Assembly: GCA_965279515.1 (NCBI GenBank)
Contig: CBDIID010000003.1
Location: 1,056,001-1,120,000, forward strand
Direction of reading: 5' to 3'
Source of the DNA: Turneriella sp.
Lineage (GTDB): Bacteria; Spirochaetota; Leptospiria; Turneriellales; Turneriellaceae
DNA length: 64,000 bases
In this document: piece after piece, positions 57,900 to 64,000 of the stretch
Position numbering within the stretch: the first letter of the stretch is position 1
Layout of the letters: each line of letters starts with the position of its first letter
The notes under the pieces: generated by a model
What the model was told of the DNA's origin: nothing
The model's database searches: none
What the model saw: the letters and a program-made list of their open reading frames with translations, nothing else
Translations under genes and position numbers: made by a program

Positions 57900-58715
57900 T
57901 TACCTACAGCCTAAGCCCAAACTATAGCACGCATTGTACTCCAGCTTGGCGGCGTTGTTGATCGAGTTTGAATCATCGCCGGTGTGAACACGGTAATAAC
58001 CGTTCTTACCGCTATCCCAGTTACTGCCCGAAGCGCGGCCGCTCCAGATGTAGTGGTATGAGTAGCGCGATCCACTGAGGCAATTCGAGTAGCTGCCCGT
58101 TGTATTGGTACCGCAGGTACTGTGGTATGACACCGCGCCGTCGTCTTCGCCGGGAAGAATCACCGAAGCGCCTGTCCAGGTTGCTTTGTACCCGGCCATC
58201 GCATAGATGCCGATGCCCTTCATGTTATTATGGTTGTACGAACCGCGTGCGTTGCCGGTTTTGAGGGCGTCGACCATGCTGTTCGATTCCCAGAATGCGG
58301 CATTCGCCAGTTCAGAACCGCCGGCGGCGCTCGAAGACGCCCAGATGCGGCGGATGTTGTAAGCCGTTGCGGATTTATCGATAAAATATTCAGAAGCATA
58401 GCAGCCTGCGCTGTGGCAGATGATCGTGCACCAGTTTGCGCCTTTGCATTTTGCTTCAAGCACTTGGTAGAGTTTAGATTGAGCACGGCACGTACCCCAT
58501 GTACGCGGATCAGAAGCACCGTCGTAACCGACAAAGTACTTTGTCGCTGCTGTGGTGATGTTCTTCGATGCGCCCCAATAGTTGTTCACATCTGCGGAAT
58601 ATCCGCCTGCGCTATCGCAGTGGCTGCCCGAGCGGCCATGGACAAAGATCACCGATTCGGCAGCGCTCAGCGCTGACGCTGTAAGAAAGGTCAGGATTAT
58701 ACCTGTTTTAATCAT
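57900..58715 (-). CDS. Secreted alpha/beta-hydrolase (lipase-like)
   Basis: Signal peptide; VIFVHG oxyanion motif, CHSAG nucleophile elbow, GGSELAN, LPGEDDGAV..HS, late His; Cys-rich. Confidence 0.75.
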   Translation of the reverse strand: MIKTGIILTFLTASALSAAESVIFVHGRSGSHCDSAGGYSADVNNYWGASKNITTAATKYFVGYDGASDPRTWGTCRAQSKLYQVLEAKCKGANWCTIICHSAGCYASEYFIDKSATAYNIRRIWASSSAAGGSELANAAFWESNSMVDALKTGNARGSYNHNNMKGIGIYAMAGYKATWTGASVILPGEDDGAVSYHSTCGTNTTGSYSNCLSGSRYSYHYIWSGRASGSNWDSGKNGYYRVHTGDDSNSINNAAKLEYNACYSLGLGCR

Positions 58716-58848
58716 TTTATTCGTGCTTACTCCTTCACGCAAAACTTGGTTTTAAATTCTGATCAGAAACTATCCAATCAGTTGTAGTATACCGTCTCCA
58801 TGCAGAGCGGTACGCCAAAAAAAGGGTAAACGAATGTGTGTTAATCGA

Positions 58849-58990
58849 GCTTCTTTATGACACAAATGTCATAAAGAAGCGGAGCAAGCGGACGGAACCG
58901 AAAAAGCAAAAAGCAGCGAAGCGCTTTAGCAGCCGCTTGCTTGCAAGCGGCGAGGCTTTTTGCTTTTTCGGAAATCTTCCGTCGGCTTGC
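58849..58990. repeat. Highly structured intergenic element (nested inverted repeats)
   Basis: 14-bp perfect hairpin (58849-58880); outer stem 58884-58897/58977-58990; 17-bp perfect stem 58898-58914/58955-58971; inner 9-bp hairpin 58932-58951. Confidence 0.75.
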
Positions 58991-58995
58991 GCAGA

Positions 58996-59352
58996 TCAAT
59001 CCGTAAAATAAACCCGCGCCATTTCATAATCGTCGACAGTGGTGAAGAAGGATTTCAATTTTGTAACTTCAAAAATATGATTCACGATGGGCCTGGGCTC
59101 GGTAAAAACCACGCGCGCGTCTTCGTGTTTGCGGATCGCGAGAATAAAATTCACCAGCGCGCCGATGCCCGAAGAATCGATCGTCTCGAGCTCTTCGATG
59201 TCCATGATGATGCGCACGCGCTCTTTGGCCAGCAGCGGCTCAAGCTCGGCGCGAATCGCTTTAGCGGTAAAAAGATTCAGAATGCCGCTGAGAAAACAGA
59301 CCGTGTAACCCTTGTCAGGGATTTCATTAATCAATACCTTGCAGCGATCCAT
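58996..59352 (-). CDS. STAS-domain anti-sigma factor antagonist
   Basis: LSG.L, IIMD...L..IDSSGIGAL, V..IFE.TKL..FF. Confidence 0.92.
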   Translation of the reverse strand: MDRCKVLINEIPDKGYTVCFLSGILNLFTAKAIRAELEPLLAKERVRIIMDIEELETIDSSGIGALVNFILAIRKHEDARVVFTEPRPIVNHIFEVTKLKSFFTTVDDYEMARVYFTD

Positions 59353-59394
59353 CGGTGAGTTATTTTGCAGATGCCCGATGACACGTCGCGTGAA

Positions 59395-60339
59395 TTAAAG
59401 CGCCGAAAATTCCTTCCGCATCTGCTGCCGCTCAGCCACCGTCGGCAGATAACCGCGTCCACCCTCGATATTATCCTTTAGGTGTAGTAGCTTGCGCGTT
59501 GCAGGTATGGCAAACTGCACCTGCGGGTTCGAAAAAATGAATTTTAAAAAGTATTGCGCCCAGGAGGTGATGCCCTTCTCCACCGCCCAGGCTGGTACGG
59601 CCTTGCCGCGCACCTGACGGAAGAGCGCGCCTTGGCCAAAAGGCTCATTCGCAATCACGGCAACCCCGCGCTCGGCTGCCGTCCTGAGTAGAGACGCATG
59701 ATGATGCGTCTCTACTTCGGCGGATGTCTCACCGAGCGAATATGGTATCTGCAGAAAGTCGAGTTTCTCGGCGCGGAGGATTTTTTCGAGTTCGGGAAAA
59801 GCCGACGTCATATAATGCGTCAGGCCAATATATTTGTAAACACCGCGTTCCTTATTTTCGCGCAGGGTTTTCAGCTGCGTGCGCCAGTCGACGAGGTTGT
59901 GGATCTGCATCAGTTCAATTTTTTTGCGCCTGAACTGAGTCAGGGAATCCTGCATCTGGCGCAGGCCCGCTTCACGCCCGGAAATCCAAACCTTGGTCGC
60001 CATAAAGAGATTGGCATTGATGCCCAGATCGGCCGAGACTGCCCCCGTGACTGCTTCGGCATTGCCATACATCGGCGATGAATCGATGAGACGACCGCCT
60101 GCCGCATAAAACGCCTGCAAAACTTCTTTAACTTGTGGGATCTCCCCTGAGGCTAAGCCCACGTCGAAGGTTGAATAGGTGCCGAGACCGAGCCGGGGCA
60201 AAATTTCATCCGTCGCGGGTATTTTGGCTTTAAAAAGCGTTTCTACTTTACTTTCCTTAGCCCAGAGCGGCCCCAACATCAGCGGCAGCGAGGCTGTCGC
60301 GGTTTGTTTCAGGAACTCCCACCGCGTCAGGCCCGGCAT
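59395..60339 (-). CDS. Aldo/keto reductase with Tat-like N-terminus
   Basis: GLGT, IDSSPMYG.AE, ATKVW, LMQIHNL, IG.TH, IPAT; N-terminal TRWEFLK. Confidence 0.9.
   Translation of the reverse strand: MPGLTRWEFLKQTATASLPLMLGPLWAKESKVETLFKAKIPATDEILPRLGLGTYSTFDVGLASGEIPQVKEVLQAFYAAGGRLIDSSPMYGNAEAVTGAVSADLGINANLFMATKVWISGREAGLRQMQDSLTQFRRKKIELMQIHNLVDWRTQLKTLRENKERGVYKYIGLTHYMTSAFPELEKILRAEKLDFLQIPYSLGETSAEVETHHHASLLRTAAERGVAVIANEPFGQGALFRQVRGKAVPAWAVEKGITSWAQYFLKFIFSNPQVQFAIPATRKLLHLKDNIEGGRGYLPTVAERQQMRKEFSAL
59687..59716. repeat. GTAG-type REP palindrome inside the coding sequence
   Basis: AGTAGAGACGCAT-GATG-ATGCGTCTCTACT; 13-bp perfect arms, 30 nt in total. Confidence 0.75.
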
Positions 60340-60418
60340 GCGTCAAAACGTCCCTACCCGACGCGGGGACAGCCGATTTTTTTTGCAACCGGGAAACAGG
60401 CCCCTGCATCTCAAAGTC

Positions 60419-61447
60419 ATGAAGAACAATGTTAGTTATAGCCCAACCGGGCAAGAAAGTGGCCCTGTTTTTACTGAGGCCGAGAAGACAACGGGCCGCT
60501 CCAAATTCGGATCGTGGTTCGCCGGCGATAAGATGTTTATTTTGATGCATTTTATCCCCCTTGCGGCGATTTATACCGGCGTGACATGGCAGTCCGTCGT
60601 CTTGGGCATCTCGCTCTATTTTATCCGTATGTTCTTTATTACCGCGGGTTACCACCGCTACTTCGCGCACAAATCGTTCGAAACCAGCCGCTTTTTCCAG
60701 TTTATTCTCGCATTCGGCGCTGAAACATCGGGCCAAAAGGGCGTGCTGTGGTGGTCAGGCCACCACCGCGGCCACCACAAACACAGCGATACCGATGCAG
60801 ATATTCACTCGATGAAAAAGCTGGGCTTTTACCAATCCCACATCGGCTGGATCTTCGACAAAAAGAATAAGCGCGTGCCGCTCGAGGATATCCAGGATTT
60901 TGCGAAATACCCCGAAATCCGTTTTATCTCCAAACATGACTGGATCGCCCCCTGGACGCTGGGCGTCATCTCAACGCTCATTGCCGGCTGGCCTGGACTC
61001 TGGATCGGCTTTTTTGCGAGCACACTTCTCACCTACCACTCGACCTTTACCATCAACTCACTCACACATAAGTGGGGTAACCAGCGCTACAAAACCGGCG
61101 ACGAATCGCGCAACCACTGGCTGCTGGCACTCACAACGCTCGGCGAAGGCTGGCATAACAACCACCACTACTACCAGGCATCGGCGCGCCAGGGTTTTTT
61201 CTGGTGGGAGATCGACATCACCTACTACATTCTGCGGATCTTAAGTCTCTTCGGCCTTGTCTGGAATTTCAAGACGGTGCCAAAGGCGATCAAGGCAAGA
61301 ACGATCCGTGCACAGGAGGTGCAGGGGGCGTCGCAGCCAGGGATGGCGTCCGCGACGACTCGTGGACAGCAAGCTTTAGAAGCAGCGAAAAACAAAATGG
61401 CAAATGCGCCAGCGAAGGGGCTTGGGTCTCTTGTCACAGATCCTTAA
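60419..61447 (+). CDS. Acyl-CoA (delta-9-type) fatty acid desaturase
   Basis: His boxes GYHRYFAH, HHRGHH, GEGWHNNHH; WWEIDITY; ATG at 60419. Confidence 0.93.
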   Translation: MKNNVSYSPTGQESGPVFTEAEKTTGRSKFGSWFAGDKMFILMHFIPLAAIYTGVTWQSVVLGISLYFIRMFFITAGYHRYFAHKSFETSRFFQFILAFGAETSGQKGVLWWSGHHRGHHKHSDTDADIHSMKKLGFYQSHIGWIFDKKNKRVPLEDIQDFAKYPEIRFISKHDWIAPWTLGVISTLIAGWPGLWIGFFASTLLTYHSTFTINSLTHKWGNQRYKTGDESRNHWLLALTTLGEGWHNNHHYYQASARQGFFWWEIDITYYILRILSLFGLVWNFKTVPKAIKARTIRAQEVQGASQPGMASATTRGQQALEAAKNKMANAPAKGLGSLVTDP

Positions 61448-61457
61448 ATTCCTGCAG

Positions 61458-61483
61458 GTGGGGCGCGCGACCGTGCGCGCCTC
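61458..61483 (+). repeat. REP-like hairpin downstream of the desaturase
   Basis: GTGG-GGCGCGC-GACCGT-GCGCGCC; no U-tract. Confidence 0.4.
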
Positions 61484-61547
61484 AATCGCAACTACACGAA
61501 ATCTTTTAATCACTTGCCGACAGAGCGGCTTTTAATGTCCGTTATTC

Positions 61548-62156
61548 ATGAGACAACTTCTGCTCGCATCCTTGCTTGCCGCCACCTGCGCTTCGGCAAT
61601 TTCCGCTGACCGCAACTATGCCGATGTGCGCCTCGGCGGCATGAGCCCCAGGGACCCTGCGCGGTTTGGCTTTTTAGGCGGACTGACTTTCGGCGGCTAC
61701 TTCGATAAACTGGTTTCTATTTCGGGGAGCGTCGACTATTATCAGACCTCGTACGATACCCCCTCAAGCACACAGCCGAACAGCTACGCGTTTAATCCCA
61801 CTGCGATTGATAAATCGCTGACGATCCGATTGGTAATGTTCATGCTCAATGCGCGTATCGATATCCCCTACCAGATCGGCGGCCTGATCACGCCTTTTGT
61901 TCAGGTTGGCGCAGGTTATGAGCTGGCTTACGTCAATACCACATCGTTTGGCGATTTCGGACTCGTCATCGGCACAGGTGGCCGGATGCCCCTCGGCGAA
62001 AATACCAGGCTCATATTGAACGCGGCGTATAACCTGAGCGCAGTTTCAAAACTCAGTAATGACGGCACGAATGAGAAGATCAATGTCAGCGGTATGATGA
62101 TTCAGCTCGGCATCAGTTTTGATTTAGGCGCGAGGCCGGCACCAGCGACGCCCTAA
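61548..62156 (+). CDS. Small outer-membrane beta-barrel protein
   Basis: Signal peptide; PFVQVGAGY, G...G.G, LGISF strands. Confidence 0.7.
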   Translation: MRQLLLASLLAATCASAISADRNYADVRLGGMSPRDPARFGFLGGLTFGGYFDKLVSISGSVDYYQTSYDTPSSTQPNSYAFNPTAIDKSLTIRLVMFMLNARIDIPYQIGGLITPFVQVGAGYELAYVNTTSFGDFGLVIGTGGRMPLGENTRLILNAAYNLSAVSKLSNDGTNEKINVSGMMIQLGISFDLGARPAPATP

Positions 62157-62286
62157 GCAGGCGAAGCGGAAGATCGCGTTGCGGCGGCAGCATCGAGAAC
62201 GATTCTCAATTATCCGCAGTCCCTGATTTTCCGGATTCTTTCCCGTAACTTACTTTACACTCCCCGAAAAACTCCGATAATTACCC

Positions 62287-64000
62287 ATGGAAATAGCACA
62301 GGTTGCGCTGTACTCAGCCGCATTCGTCATCTCTTTCGCTTATGCCGGCTATGCCGTCATGAAATTCTGGAAACTCGCCCACCTTGGCCAGGCCCAGGAA
62401 ATCAAATCGAGCTTCGCCTCTAAAGTCAAAAGCATGATCGTCAACGTGCTTCTGCAAAAGAAGCTGATGAAAAAGCCCGTGCGCGGTATTTTCCATATCT
62501 TCATCTTCTACGGCTTTCTCGTTTATGGCGGCCACACCACAAGCCAGCTCATTGGCGGCTTCTTCGGCCCATACAACATGCCGCTTGTGCATGTCACGGG
62601 ATACGAATTCTCGATTCCCGAGCTAATCGGAAAGGTTATTCCACACTTCGCTTTTATCTATGACTACGCGCTCGACGTCTTCTCTCTTTTAGTGCTCGGC
62701 GGCCTCGCTTTCTTTGCATTGCGCCGCTGGGTTTACCGCGCCTACGAGCTCGACCGCCCCTCAGGCCAGTCGATGATCGTGATCGGTATGATCTCGACGC
62801 TCATGCTGTCGACGCTGGTCGCTGAAGGTTCGCATGTTATCCGCGACGCACATTTCCACGTATCTCCAATCCGCCTTGCCGTAGCGAATATGCTCAGCGC
62901 ATGGGGGGTTAATCCCGCTAATGCCGGCTACTGGTATATCGGTGGCTGGTGGACGCACATTCTGACAGTATTCGCTTTTATGGCCTTCGTGCCCAACTCA
63001 AAGCATGCCCACCTCATCTGGGCGCCGGTCAACTTCTGGTTTGAAAAAGAAACGCCGAAGGGCCAGCTGTCTTTCCTCGACACTGAAAACGCGAAAGTCT
63101 GGGGCGCTGCCAACGTGCAGGATTTCACCTGGAAAGACCACATGAATGGCCTCAGCTGCATCGAGTGCGGCCGCTGTACGATTGAATGCCCCGCGAACCG
63201 TACGGGCAAGGTTCTCAACCCGAAGAGTATCATGACAGACCTCAAGCATGCGCTCATGGAGCAGATGCACAAGGTACAGGCGGCGAAAAAAGCCGGTAAA
63301 ACCGACGAAGAGATTACGGCGATGCCTGAACTCCGCGTGATTGATAATTATACTTCACAGGAAGCATTGTGGGCCTGTACGACATGTTATGCCTGCGTCG
63401 AAGCCTGCCCCGTGGGCAACAACCAGGTCGATGCCATCATCGGCATGCGCCGTGCACTCGTGCTTTCAGAGGGGTCGCTGCCTGCTGAACTGCAGACCGC
63501 GCTCACCAACATGGAAAACCAATCGAACCCATGGGGTGTTGGCTCGCATAAGCGCGAAGAGTGGGCAGACGGCCTCAATATCAAGACGATGGCGAAGTGG
63601 GCTGAAGAAGGCCAAAAGCCGGATGTCCTCTTTTGGGTCGGCTGCGCCGGCGCGTTCGATGACCGCAATAAAAAGATCGCGCAGTCGATTGCCGGCCTCA
63701 TGAACAAGGCAGACGTCAAGTTCGGCATCCTCGGTACTGAAGAGAATTGCACGGGCGATTCTGCGCGCCGCGCAGGTAATGAATACCTCTACCAGACTCT
63801 CGCCGGCATGAACATCCAGACGATGAACAATTATGGCGTGCAGAAGATTGTCACGGGTTGCCCGCATTGCTTCAACACGCTCAAGAACGAATACCCTCAG
63901 ATGGGTGGCAATTACGAAGTGGAGCACCACACAACATACCTCGATAAGCTGCTCAAAGAAAACAAGATCCAGGTAGATCAATCGAAGGCGAAAGAACTCG
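62287..64000 (+). CDS. Membrane-bound Fe-S oxidoreductase (FadF/GlpC/HdrD-like), truncated by the window end and absent from the ORF track
   Basis: Translated by hand from ATG 62287: QKKL..P.RG.FH.FIFYGF, TM helices, CIECGRC...CP, CTTCYAC...CP, FWVGC, CTGD.ARRAGNE, GCPHC. Confidence 0.92.
   Translation, partial: MEIAQVALYSAAFVISFAYAGYAVMKFWKLAHLGQAQEIKSSFASKVKSMIVNVLLQKKLMKKPVRGIFHIFIFYGFLVYGGHTTSQLIGGFFGPYNMPLVHVTGYEFSIPELIGKVIPHFAFIYDYALDVFSLLVLGGLAFFALRRWVYRAYELDRPSGQSMIVIGMISTLMLSTLVAEGSHVIRDAHFHVSPIRLAVANMLSAWGVNPANAGYWYIGGWWTHILTVFAFMAFVPNSKHAHLIWAPVNFWFEKETPKGQLSFLDTENAKVWGAANVQDFTWKDHMNGLSCIECGRCTIECPANRTGKVLNPKSIMTDLKHALMEQMHKVQAAKKAGKTDEEITAMPELRVIDNYTSQEALWACTTCYACVEACPVGNNQVDAIIGMRRALVLSEGSLPAELQTALTNMENQSNPWGVGSHKREEWADGLNIKTMAKWAEEGQKPDVLFWVGCAGAFDDRNKKIAQSIAGLMNKADVKFGILGTEENCTGDSARRAGNEYLYQTLAGMNIQTMNNYGVQKIVTGCPHCFNTLKNEYPQMGGNYEVEHHTTYLDKLLKENKIQVDQSKAKEL

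Noticed and set aside
60384..60411. TGCAAC-N16-GCATCT as an ECF promoter for the desaturase, shared with 54481-54508
   Set aside because: Only the 6-nt -10 matches; the -35 elements and spacing differ.
1..64000. rRNA, tRNA, CRISPR array, transposase, integrase, prophage or defence island
   Set aside because: No supporting motifs were seen by eye; short RNAs cannot be fully excluded without tRNAscan-SE or Infernal.

Overview
A gene-dense, mostly housekeeping and envelope-related bacterial chromosome segment. A Leptospiraceae-type spirochaete (Turneriella/Leptospira-like) is inferred from LipL21-like, endostatin-like (DUF1554), DUF1574/MBOAT and SH3 proteins and from spirochaetal lipoboxes. 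About 60 CDS are supported. They include a signalling cluster (7TM-AAA+-Fis regulator, PAS hybrid kinase, REC-PP2C, REC), purL, argS, an aat-recC-recB-recD operon, plsY, cutA, pgpA, a lipid A late acyltransferase, a cysteine desulfurase, ccmF, ppc, an ECF sigma factor, MarR/DoxX, a desaturase, and a truncated Fe-S oxidoreductase that the ORF track misses. I saw no rRNA, tRNA, CRISPR array, transposase or prophage. The most unusual signal is a set of small structured repeats. These are (A)NGGA-loop hairpins resembling CsrA/RsmA sites, all on the sense strand, plus a GTAG-type REP palindrome and MITE-like elements with GAAAAA...TTTTTC outer stems. Several sit in frame inside proteins or supply a stop codon. 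Other candidates are a beta-barrel gene followed by tandem endostatin-like lipoproteins, a membrane-bound GAFTGA-less sigma54-type activator, and a choice-of-anchor-X/secreted hydrolase pair. All family assignments come from motif recognition by eye; no database searches were run.
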